A program made the position numbers and the translations under genes. From contig NC_057719.1 of the NCBI RefSeq assembly GCF_004010195.1, forward strand, positions 49,553,578-49,573,577: a DNA stretch of 20,000 bases, in the 5' to 3' direction. The DNA is from Chiloscyllium plagiosum (lineage: Eukaryota). The notes under the pieces were generated by a model. It saw only the letters and a program-made list of their open reading frames with translations. It was not told the DNA's origin and ran no database searches. This document shows positions 1 through 9,535 of this stretch, in pieces (positions within the stretch are counted from its first letter, which is position 1; each line of letters begins with the position of its first letter).

Positions 1-682
1 TCGCTCCTCTACAGATCCCTGTGATGACTGTTCCAGTTCATCAGTGGGCACATTGGGATCACTGCTGGCACCTTGAAAGAATTTCCGGAGTCTCATTCGT
101 CTGACGAACTCCTCCGTGTCTGCTGCCAGAACCAACGGGTCCATTTTGGTGGTGGGGCAGAAGTTGAGACCCCTGTTCAGGACTTCAATCTCTTCCGGTC
201 GAAGGGTGTGGTCCAATAAGTTGATAATAGACTTTCCCACAGTGATGTTATCCACTGTGGTGCCAGGGTGGGCTTTGCTATTACTGGTGAGAATGCCAGG
301 TTTCTCCAGCTTTTTGTTCTTTGTTTGTATGTACGTGGTGTAGTTTTGTCGCCTTGTCTGTTTGGCAATGTCGTGTAATTGTACTGATGTATCCTGAGTG
401 TGGACTGAGAGTGTGGACTCCATCTGAATTTCAAGGTTGTGGCGCCTGCTGTAGAGTTGGTGCATGAGATGATTGAGGAGTTTACGAGAAGTGCGATGGC
501 AAAGTCTCTGCATAATCTGTGTTGTAGGTCGACTTGAGTGGGTTCGTGATCTGTCATCCTTTTGGGATCTTTCCTGCTTGCCTGCATTCCTGTAGAAACT
601 TGATGTCTGTGTCGATATGTGCGATCTTCTTGGAGATCCTCTCCACTTTAAGCCGGCAATTAGTGGTGTCGATAGTAGTCAT
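1..682 (-). pseudogene. Disrupted N-terminal region of a PLE RT/GIY-YIG polyprotein
   Basis: In-frame TGA after IPKG, plus at least one frameshift between the two recognisable motif blocks. Confidence 0.75.
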
Positions 683-805
683 GGTATTCGTACAGATGAA
701 AGACTCAACAGACAATCAAGGTATTTTTCAATGTATAATTTCAGTTACATCGCACTGTAAATTTTTGCTGTAAATTCGGTGTCTTAGGATTGAGTCCTCC
801 ACTAT

Positions 806-840
806 CACCTGATGAAGGAGCGATGCTCTGAAAGCTAGTG
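806..840 (+). ncRNA. Minimal type-I hammerhead ribozyme motif (PLE pLTR), core intact
   Basis: cac-CTGATGA-a-GGAGC-gat-GCTCT-GAAA-GC-TA-gtg. Stem I is cac/gtg, stem II is 5 bp, stem III is reduced to the palindrome AGCT, and the cleavage triplet is CUA. Confidence 0.8.
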
Positions 841-1254
841 TGCTTCCAATTAAACCTGTTGGACAATAACCTGGTGTTGTGATTTTTAACTTTGTACATC
901 CCAGTCCAACACCGGCATCTCCAAATCATCCCTGAACAGGTTGATTAGAAAAATAGTGTAAATACTTGACAGGTCTGGCAATATCTGACCTTTCACCAGA
1001 GCAGAGATTTTCTGTTTGTAGATTTGAAAATGATTGTAACAAGTTGATGCCAGTGTTCTCTTCAAGGGAAAAGAAATGTTTCATCATGTAATGTCCATCA
1101 ACCTTCGCTTCCCATTGGAGCTCTGTATTTAAAATTATACGGACCAAACAGGATTTAGAGCAGCAGGATCAGCTTTAAATCATGCTGCCCTCAGAAGCCT
1201 GCCGTTTTGCTGCTGGTGTTCTGTGCATGTTCAAAGCTTAGATTTGTGGTCTAA

Positions 1255-1335
1255 AACAAAATGGAGATGAGGTTGGCAATCAGTCACAGCCTTATCGTGT
1301 AGCATGTTCAATGAGCTGAATGACTTATTCCTTTT
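1255..1335 (+). mobile_element. Degenerate CR1-like LINE 3' tail
   Basis: atggagatgagg..aatcagtcacagccttatc..agcatgttcaatgagctgaatgacttattcct resembles the tail also seen at ~17815-17885. Confidence 0.35.
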
Positions 1336-1599
1336 TTAGTAGCTATTGAGACAGACACATTCACACATACCTAGATTGCACTGGTTTCAGTTTCACATCT
1401 TATAATTTCTGCAGAACAAATGCCTTTTCTTGGGCTCAGAGCAGTGAATGTTCCATTTTATTTGTGTAGTTTTTTTTGTGGTGGCTGCAAGATCTGGATA
1501 GTAAGAGTACAGCCTGTTCTTGTTTGTCAAAGAAAGGCTTCTTCTATCAAATTACCCATTAGTCATTTGGACAGCTGGATTGCAAAGCAGAATGACCCC

Positions 1600-1745
1600 A
1601 ACAATGTGGGCTGAGGTCACCATGAAGGACACTCCTTCTCAACCTCTACCCTCACCTAAGGTGTGGTGACCCTCACGTTAAACCGCCATCAGTCATCTCT
1701 CAAAGAAGAGCAAGCCTATGATCTGATAAGACAATGGCATCTTTT
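1600..1745 (+). repeat. Interspersed repeat fragment (probable SINE 3' part), family not assigned
   Basis: ctgaggtcaccatgaaggac..cttctcaacctc..gtggtgaccctcacgttaaacc..cagcctatg-like string recalled as a common shark repeat. Not verifiable within the window. Confidence 0.35.
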
Positions 1746-1750
1746 AGACC

Positions 1751-1950
1751 TGAGTAATGCTGAAAAATGACACATTTTGCCAAAGCATTTTGTCTTGTAC
1801 TCATCAGAACAATTTGTAGGAATACTAACTCAAGGAAACAAACAACATTTATGCTGCATTAAAGGAAAGCCTGATTGGTAAAGGTGAAATCTATTGATAA
1901 TGATTACTCAAGTTATTGTCCTGGGAAATGAACTAGCAAATGTCTGTTAT
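1751..1950. mobile_element. Left-arm fragment of the hammerhead-bearing inverted-repeat family also at 15909-16335
   Basis: tgagtaatgctgaaaaatgacacattttgccaaagcattttgtcttgtactcatcag matches 15910-15965 directly and 16281-16334 in reverse complement. Decayed minus-strand hammerhead CTGATGA-gtacaagac-AAAA-tgctt at ~1781-1807. Confidence 0.65.
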
Positions 1951-2730
1951 CTTTTAGTTGATTTGTTGCACTGATTTAGTAGCAGGGTTCCACAGCTTAA
2001 ATTAAGCAGAATGCGCCAACAGCAGCAGACAGTTTATTTTTTGAAATGAAAACACATGTAGTTTGATAGGTCATTGCTAATTACTCTCACTCATCATATT
2101 GGTTCTTGCTTTGTAGTTGCACACTAATGTAACAATTTCTGTACGATAAGACAAAGAAATGTAGACCTATCATTTTACATGGAATAGTGATTCAAATAGA
2201 TGAATCTACAGAATACAGTTCGCTCCTAATTTAAGTTTGATTTTACCAGCAAAGATTTTAATTATTGAGTTATTTGAATTTAGCAATGTGAATAATTCGA
2301 TACCTCCAGCTATGAGAATACCATCAGTTGAATTGGGCATCAGTAATATATAGTTGTAGTCATTATCCTTCCGAAAGCAGTGTTTGAAATTCTCCAAAAT
2401 ATTCTATACTATTATGGGCTCTCTACTGTGGTCATGGCTATACTTTTATGCAACATGTCCACTTATCAATACAGTTGCTTTTGGATTATAAGGGAATAAT
2501 CATTGTTTCTTTTGATTTGTTCACAGGATGTGGTTATCGCTGTCTAGGCCAGCCTTTATTGCCTATCTCAAATTGTTAAAAATTGGCCACATTCTAGGTC
2601 TGGAGACACATATAGGCCAAATCAAGCAAAAATGGCTGATTTCCTTCCCTAAAGGGCATTTGTGAACAAATGGGTTTTTATGACCAGATTAGAGTGGTGC
2701 TGGAAAAAGGCAGCATCCACGGAGCAGTAA

Positions 2731-2764
2731 AATCGACGTTTTGGGCCAAAACCCTTCATCAGGA
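2731..2764 (-). ncRNA. Hammerhead motif, decayed (GAAA>AAAA)
   Basis: Reverse complement reads CTGATGA-a-GGGT-tttg-GCCC-AAAA-CG-TC-gatt. Confidence 0.6.
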
Positions 2765-2788
2765 AGGGCTGCAGTGATGAAGAGCTGA

Positions 2789-2823
2789 TTGCTGATGAAG
2801 GGTTTTTGCCTGAAACATCAATT
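2789..2823 (+). ncRNA. Hammerhead motif, core intact, stem III palindrome mutated
   Basis: ttg-CTGATGA-a-GGGT-tttt-GCCT-GAAA-CA-TC-aat. Confidence 0.65.
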
Positions 2824-3227
2824 TTCCTGGTCCTCTGATGCTCCTGACCTACTGTGCTTTTCCAGCACCACTCTAAACTTAACTCTAATCTCCAGTGTCT
2901 GCAGTGCCACAATTGACTGTGATTGCATGCTCATTAGATCAGCTCTTTATTCCAGATTTTTGCTGAAATCAAACTTCATTCTCTTTTCTGATGTGATTCA
3001 AACTCATGTTCCCAATAGCATTGGCTCTGCATTGCCACCCAACTGCTTCCCATTCCCTATCATCTCCAACTCTTTCACAGTCCTCTGTTTAGAGTTTGAG
3101 AGTATAATTTGGCAGTTGGTTTATGTAGTTTAAATGAAATGGAGAAATTCTTTGCACATACACATTTTCTTTTGCAATTTTCACCCTGCCTAACCGCACA
3201 GTTTGGTTTCTTTTTGGTTGAACATTT

Positions 3228-3553
3228 GGTGGCACAGTGGCTCAGTGGTTAGCATGGCTGCCTCACAGCGCCAGGGACCTAGGTTCGATTCCAGCCTCAG
3301 GTGACTGTCTGTGTGGAGTTTGCACATTCTCCCCGCGTCTGCGTGGGTTTCCTCCAGGTGCTCTGGTTTCCTCTCACCATCCAAAGATGTGCAGGTCCCG
3401 TGAATTGACCATACTAAATTGCCGGTAGTGTTACGTGCATTAGTCAGGGGTAAATATAGCGGAATGGGTCTGGGTGGGTTACTCTTCGGAGGGTCGGTGT
3501 GGACTTGTTGGGCCAAAGGGCCTGTTTTTGTACTGTAGGGAATCTAATCTAAT
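3228..3553 (+). mobile_element. HE1-type V-SINE (tRNA-derived), full length
   Basis: A-box region gtggctcagtggttagc, B-box ggttcgattcc, V-domain tgtgtggagtttgcacattctccccgcgtctgcgtgggtttcctcc, CR1-like tail ending in (aatct)n. Two more copies occur in the window. Confidence 0.92.
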
Positions 3554-3597
3554 TTTCCCTTCAGTTTTGTGGTACTGAGGCAAAAAAGGGGGTGGGG

Positions 3598-4380
3598 ACA
3601 AAACGCTAAACCAAAGTGGATATGAAGAGGAGTGATCAAAAAGTTGATCAGTGGTGGGTTTTATGAAGTGTTTGTGGGACATGATTGTCCAGTGGTTATT
3701 ATCACTAAACTATTAATCCTGAGTCCCAGGTAATATTCTGGGTACCCAGGTTTGAATTACATCATGGCAGATAGTGAAATTTCAGTTCAATAGAACACTG
3801 GAATTAGAAGTCTAATAATGCCCACGAATCCATTGTCAATTTGTCAGGAAAAACCTATCTGGTTCAATAATGTCCTTTTAGGAAAAGAAACTGACACTTT
3901 ACCTGGTAGCACATGTGACTCCAGAACCATAACAATGTGATTGACTCTGACTCTAAGCTACCCTCTGGGCAATGAATGCTGGCCTCGCCAGTGAGGCACA
4001 CATCCCATGAATGATTTTTTTTAAAGGAGTAAAAGCATGACTTTGAGGAATAAATTCCAATGTGAGTGTTCTGAGCAACTGAAAGAATAGCCACAGATGA
4101 TAGGTTGTATGAAGTTATTTTCAATGTTGGCAGCTAGTATATAAAGATTTGGCATTGGTTGGCAAAGGATACAGATGTGAGGAGTGGTATGCCTATAAAG
4201 GCATTTAAATGCAAAATAAGAATTTTTAACCTGGAACTGGGAACAAATGTCAGCAAGAACGGATGAGAAATGCACAGCAGTGTTTTGGATAGGCTGGAGT
4301 TTAAAAGATGAAAGGCTACCCATGAATACAAAAGAATAGTGGAGTTTGGAGTTGATCAGAGCATGAATGATGAGCTATAT
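3598..4380 (-). mobile_element. L2-clade LINE 3' fragment, highly decayed, interrupted by the SINE at 3688-4015
   Basis: Minus-strand frames give IHALINSKLHYS..KLQPIQNTAVH..SVLADI..RLKILIL, compared with the L2 ORF2 C-terminal pattern IHAFVTSRLDY..KLQLIQNSAAR..PVLADLHW..FKIL. A 3' end remnant lies at ~3598-3680. Confidence 0.65.
3688..4015 (+). mobile_element. tRNA-derived SINE (non-HE1 family), near full length
   Basis: Head cagtggttattatcactaaacta, B-box-like ggtttgaatt, tail gctggcctcgccagtgaggcacacatcccatgaatga. Related copies at 2519-3035 (minus) and 17120-17275. Confidence 0.75.
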
Positions 4381-6890
4381 TATGGCAGTGGAAGTAGTTT
4401 TTATGATAGAGTTCACTGAATAATGAGAATTATTTTCCACTCCCAAATTATAACCACAATCTCCAATTCAATGGCTATCTTGAGCATCACTCTGGAGATC
4501 AAATTCTTAATTAATGTGCCTCAGGATTGAATTCTGACCATTTTAGTGATTGCCACCTTACTGCCATATTAGCAAGAAATAGCAATGGTGAGTGAGAAGC
4601 AACCTTTTGCCTTCTTGCTCTCAGCATATCTGGAACAATGCTTTGTAACCAAGCTTCAGGGGAATATTAGCATAAGTTACAGGCACCTTGGAGGTGTTGG
4701 GGGTCTCAAGATTTTATTTAGTAATGAGGTTCAGACCGCTGAAAACAGATTGTAAACGTTTTCATATCTGTGACAAATAGTCTGTTGTTTGGAGGGTACT
4801 ATATTAAATTCTTTATTACAGCTAAGGATGAGTACTTCTATCTGATACATTGGAAGTTGCTGTTTCAAGCCAACCTGAGTTGCGGAAAAAAATAATAGGC
4901 TATTTTTGTACCAGCCTTTAAAGATAAACTTTATACATTCTACAGAAGCATATATGTGAGTCCATGCATAACAAATAGATGAAGCTTTATATGGTTTCCT
5001 ACTTTTATGTAAAATTCATCACTGTTTTATTGCACTGGCTTTTCTATATCTAAAGTGTATTAATACCAGTTATGCTGATAAAGCCCTCAGCCTCTATGGT
5101 CCTAAATATTCTATATATCCTACATAAAAGTTTGAATTTTTAAGCGTTTCCCAGTAGATTAGGATGACAATACTGCACAAAAATGTTGCTGATAACAAAA
5201 TCCACAAATGAAGCAAGAATATTCACTGCTGACATTGAAGAATGCTCTTGTGATATGATCTATTAGTCCCAGGATTGAAGACAATCTGAAGCAGCAGTAA
5301 TAGAAATAAGATGTGTTATCTTTGGCTCATGTACAATTCAGTGAACATTATCTGTATTAGTCTTACCTTTAAAATAAAAAAACTTGCATTATTGTGTCAT
5401 CCAACTTTGTGTAATTGGTATATTTACACCTAAGAAATGAGTGTAACATCATTGCAGCTTGTGATTTCTGAACATTTTTGATATTTAAGTACACAACCTA
5501 GCATTCTGGGAGTATGTTATTGAAGATTTGTCTGCAGAATGTACAAGTCTCGATCCTTCCACATATAGATGAAAAGAACTAAACATTTTCTGGGGGAATC
5601 GCACCTTGCTCCAGTCAGCAAGCATAATTGCTAGTAAAACTGTTCAAATTTGGGAGAATTTGTTAATAAAAAGTCTTAATGACATCAACGACAAAGATTA
5701 AGCATTCCAGTCTCAGTCATTAGACTGACAACAAAATCTATTCCTTTTGGGAGATCAGGAAAATTAGAATACTGCAGTCTGACTGATGAAGAAGAATTTA
5801 TGAAGTAACAGCCAGAAAAAGTCTGTAAAAAGTTAACACTCACTATTTGCTTAACTTTGGCAATTCTTAATTATTTTTTCTACTGTTGAGATACTTACAT
5901 TGTGGACAGAATTTACAATTAAATCAAGAAAGAGCACAACTACTCTACCGGTACAGTCACCCAGTAACCAACATCAACTAAGGCAGGTCTTGCAACTCAG
6001 CTAATTTAATCCTAAAAAAGAGCTGGAAGAAACTTGTCTATGTCAAAAGCTCCAGATGAAATTAAAAAGCTGCAAAATGACCATAAAATGCCCACCCATC
6101 GGCTTTACTTTATTTTAACATCACACTGCACAGTTTTCTAATATTGTATACTTGCAACTAGATAAAGAAGCTATTAATATTACTAGAGGTAATGAGACCT
6201 CCCAAACTGAATGCATCAAGTCATCTTAAAAAGCCAGATGAAATATAGTCAACACTCATTGAGCTTCACTCATAATTGATCATGTTCAGAATTCATGTAT
6301 TTAAGAAAAGCAATCATTGCTCAATCCATTACTAGTTGGAGAGACAAGATATGTGATTGCAGTTTCATGGTGGCAGAGCTGGCAGTCAGAACAACTGGGC
6401 TTGTGATTGAATCCAATGGAAGACTTGCATCAAGATACCTTGGACCAGTCCAAAAGGTAGCATCATGGGGGAGTACTCTTACAAAGCAAATGCATGTAAA
6501 CAGTAATGCTAAGCCCTTGGAATTTGTCTACCTCTATCTGTAATTTCGCCACCATTGTTACAATGGAAAAAGGAGACAAATCTCGAAAGCATATAAACTT
6601 TTAATGTTATATGCAAGACTTGTGATGCCAGAAAATGTTAGAAGCACCTATAAAGAATGTAAAGACCAGAATGAAGGGTCAGACAGTACAAACAGCCACT
6701 TTCAAAAGCCAAATGGATACAGTGATCTAACCTGCCATAAGTGTACAAAACACAGTCACGATAACCCCTAAAAATTATTTAGGCAAGCGGTATAATCGTG
6801 ATGAGAATGGTCAGGCCATTGACACAAAAAGTGAACCAACATTCAGTGCAGTAAGCATCAAAGTATGGTACTAATAAAAGTGTTTACACT

Positions 6891-8125
6891 TGTTATGATC
6901 AGTCCCTGGGCAAAGTTATTATGGTTCCAGATGGGATACCTAAAATTATCAAGCTTTTTTTCCTTTCTTTTTCTTTCACCTCACTCTCTTTAATAGCTGC
7001 TCAGCCCCCTTGGTTGGTTACGAAAAGGTTAATGGAAAAGAATAACCATCCCCCCACACACCGCCACCATCAATGCTACCCATGCGCATGCGCACACACA
7101 CCATGGGAGCTTCCTCCCTGACAAAAATTAATTCATGTTTTAAAAGGGAGCCAATTCAACCAGACATTCTTGAGATAACAAAACAGTGAGTTTATTAATT
7201 ACAAAACGCATACATACAAATTAAAAATAAGAATTCGGTCAAAAAAAGTTAAAAGATACACAGGTCAGTCTCTGGGTCGTTTGAAGAAGCTTGGATAGTT
7301 GAGCAGTCAATTTGAGATTCTTGGCTTTGAATTAACTTTCAGGGTTGCTGACCTTCTTCTGTTTTCTTTTAAACAGTGAGACAATGCTTTACTTACAATG
7401 CAGGGTGACAGAATCTACTGGATGGTTCTTTGACTGTGATTGTCACAGCACACTAGGTCAATCATAGGTTATTACATGAGACTGTTACCACATACGACCA
7501 GCATTGAAACTCATTTTTAACCATGGTCCCTGTCTATTCTTGAAAAGGGAAAAATAAGCAAGTTGTTCACCTAGTCTATTAGATTCCCTACAGTATAGAA
7601 ACAGGCCCTTCAGCCCAACCAGTCCACACTGACTCTCCAAAGAGTAACCCACTTCCCTCTGACTAATGCACCTAACACTATGGGTAATTTAGCATAGCCA
7701 ATTCACCTGGCCTGCACATCTTTGGACTGTGGGAGGAAACCAACGCAGACACAGGCAGAATATGCAAACTGCACACAGACAGTTGCCCGAAGCTGGAATC
7801 GAACCTGGGTCCGTGGTGCTGTGAGGCTGCAGTGCTAACTGCTGAGCCATCATGCCACCCCACAGTGTTTTGTCCTATCATATGCACAGCTTAAGATTCT
7901 CACAGTGGTTTGCAGTTCGGTTTTTTTAAAAATTAGATTTATCCTTTGGAATTTTCCTTAATACCTTCAGCTGTGACATTCCAGAGTTCTTCCTCAGACA
8001 GCCACTGAGCTTAACGCCCATAGTCACCTTTTGGCTGTATCTCCACTTGTACATAAAAAACAAAGTTGGAATGAAAACGTAGATATGTCTGAGCTGATCT
8101 GGATTTATGATCCATGATCATGACA
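6891..8125. mobile_element. Solo LTR (~950 bp net of the inserted SINE) with 4-bp target-site duplication CACT
   Basis: Starts TGTTATGATC and ends GATCATGACA (9/10 inverted match, TG...CA). Flanked by CACT at 6887-6890 and 8126-8129. Removing it rejoins the Gypsy-like sequence. Confidence 0.8.
7579..7860 (-). mobile_element. HE1-type V-SINE inserted in the solo LTR
   Basis: Reverse complement of the 3228-3553 element with small internal deletions. B-box ggttcgattcc retained. Confidence 0.9.
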
Positions 8126-9124
8126 CACTGCTCAGATTCTATGCCAACAGATAGAGGGACAGCACAATTTGTATGAACAAAAAACAAAGGTTCTTCTACT
8201 TTGCATACTGAAATATACGTACCATAGAATTACCAATGATAATTTGACCAGCCAGTACTTAACTCTCCTACAGTGGATCTGAGATTCCACATCTGGGATT
8301 CATTACACTCAAGGTCAGCACAAAAATGTATCCTAGTTACCCTGAATAGTTGCATTCTGGATACCAGAAGTCCAGCGTCTGACATTCTACTGACATGCAA
8401 GGATCTGTCTTTGGTCGGAATCCATGGTATTGTCAAGACCATGATGAGCACCAGAGTCCAGAAGGCCCACAATTGGAGAACCTATGCTTACAATGGAAAA
8501 GACCCACTGATGCTGCAAAGCAGATCAACAGCCAACAGGTGACACAATACTGTTCAAACTAAAAAATGTATATCAATTCTGGACTTTAAGTTTTATTGCA
8601 AGCAACACATAATTGCTATTTGGCAGATAAGTGCAGACGAATTATAACTTACTGATACTGTTATGGGTATGTCACTGCTTGATCAAAAAAAGGGAAAGGT
8701 GAATGATGCCCATGGCCGGCACACAGATTGCAAATTAGCCAAGCTGAAAATTGGACAGAAAGTTGAGTATAATATCAAAATGTCAACACCTTGAACCCAG
8801 CAGAAATTGTCAGCATATGTTCAGAACCAAGACCATATCAGGTATGAACACAAAAATGACATAACAATGCAGAAACTCAGATACTAAATAACAGTACTGC
8901 CACAACGAGAAACACTGACCCATCCTCTTATGTATCCCTATTCATCAGTCTTCAGACATGCAGCAGTCTTCAGCAAAAATTACCAGAAGTAAGGTTGTAC
9001 AAAAAAAACAAACCATGATACATTTCGGAAACATATAAATTTATTGCTCTAATTATTTTATTTTATTGTCATGTAAATAGTTTGAATTTGTACTGGTAAA
9101 CATTTGTTTTGGGAAGAAAATGGA

Positions 9125-9400
9125 TGTTGTGTTAGGCCATGCAGGTAGCTTGAGGGATTGCCATTATCGTTATAAAATGTAGAACTATCAATTTTTTACG
9201 TCCTGATTTTAATACCCGGGACTTTTACCAACTGAAATAGCTTCAGAAAGAATAAAGCACTTACTTAACAATAGCTGCAGTGCTCACCTGGCAACAGATT
9301 AGGCAGAAGTCCCATATCCTTCCAAAAGTAAAGCTATCTAAAATCAAAACCTGATTTCTCACAATTGCAGCAAATCACTTCTATACCACTTTTGACAACA
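9125..9400 (+). repeat. Possible 3' LTR remnant of the Gypsy element
   Basis: TGTTGT directly follows the purine tract, AATAAA at 9251, and a possible end at tgacaaca (~9399). No matching 5' LTR found. Confidence 0.3.
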
Positions 9401-9497
9401 GTAATTTGTCTATGTTAGATAATAATGCTGCCGCTATGATAGTTGAGAGTGTGGTGCTGGGAAAGCACAGCAGGTCAGGCAGCAACCGAGGAGCAGG

Positions 9498-9535
9498 GAA
9501 TCGACGTTTCCGGCATAAGCCCTTCATCAGGAATG
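9498..9535 (-). ncRNA. Hammerhead motif in the left pLTR
   Basis: Reverse complement reads attc-CTGATGA-a-GGGC-ttat-GCCG-GAAA-CG-TC-gatt. GUC triplet, ACGT palindrome, and a G.G mismatch at the base of stem II. Confidence 0.75.

Larger units (their letters stand above)
1..927 (-). mobile_element. Penelope-like element: 5' part of the ORF (minus strand, runs off the window start) with an inverted pLTR (plus strand, ~685-927) upstream
   Basis: Manual minus-strand translation from ATG at 682 gives MTTIDTTNCRLKVERISKKIAHIDTDIKFLQECRQAGKIPKG*QITNPLKSTYNTDY. After a frameshift it reads VGKSIINLLDHTLRPEEIEVLNRGLNFCPTTKMDPLVLAADTEEFVRRMRLRKFF (240 down to ~75). FL..C....IPKG and INL......E..VL.RGLNFCPT...EEF.RR.RLR.FF are typical pre-RT N-terminal PLE motifs. 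A hammerhead motif lies at 806-840 on the opposite strand. Confidence 0.8.
2685..2910. mobile_element. Non-coding ~225-bp inverted-repeat element made of two outward-pointing PLE pLTR ends, each with a hammerhead motif
   Basis: Arms ttagagtggtgctggaaaa (2689-) and ttttccagcaccactctaa (-2876). Both arms are homologous to the termini of the PLE at 9443-9535 and 11242-11362. Confidence 0.85.
2519..3035 (-). mobile_element. tRNA-derived SINE (same family as 3688-4015), split by the 2685-2910 insertion
   Basis: The reverse complement matches the 3688-4015 copy, for example tail ggcaataaaggctggcctagacagcgataaccacatcctgtgaa versus ggcaatgaatgctggcctcgccagtgaggcacacatcccatgaa. Homology breaks after gggtttttatgac (2684) and resumes at aattgac (2911). 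Confidence 0.7.
6150..9124 (+). mobile_element. Decayed, internally deleted Ty3/Gypsy-like LTR retrotransposon (gag, protease, integrase C-terminus, PPT), split by a solo LTR
   Basis: Gag-like ITSWRDKICDCSFMVAELAVRTTGLVIES (6328-6414). Zinc-knuckle remnant VICKTCDARKC*KHL (6606-6650). Retropepsin-like SYSGSEIPHLGFITLKVS (8266-8319) and ILDTRSPASDILLTCKDLSLVGIH. Integrase C-terminal LAKLKIGQKV..PAEIVSICSEPRPYQV (8735-8844; compare PRSYxV). Purine tract gggaagaaaatgga (9111-9124) followed by TGTTGT. The 5' boundary is uncertain. Confidence 0.65.

Noticed and set aside
1005..1092. Polypyrimidine-AG acceptor (ttttctgtttgtag) followed by a short open frame and gtaatg
   Set aside because: The peptide is unrecognisable, and such signals are common by chance in AT-rich DNA.
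2206..2397. 63-aa minus-strand ORF as a possible host exon
   Set aside because: No recognisable domain and no convincing splice sites. Cannot be excluded without RNA-seq.
3228..3300. tRNA-like A and B boxes as a tRNA gene
   Set aside because: This is the head of an HE1 SINE, followed by the V-domain and tail.
5400..5735. Candidate 5' LTR of the Gypsy relic (AATAAA at 5665, tgacaaca end shared with ~9399)
   Set aside because: No alignable body with 9125-9400 and no TGG primer-binding site after it.
5782..5800. CTGATGA as a further hammerhead
   Set aside because: No stem II, GAAA or UH arrangement follows.
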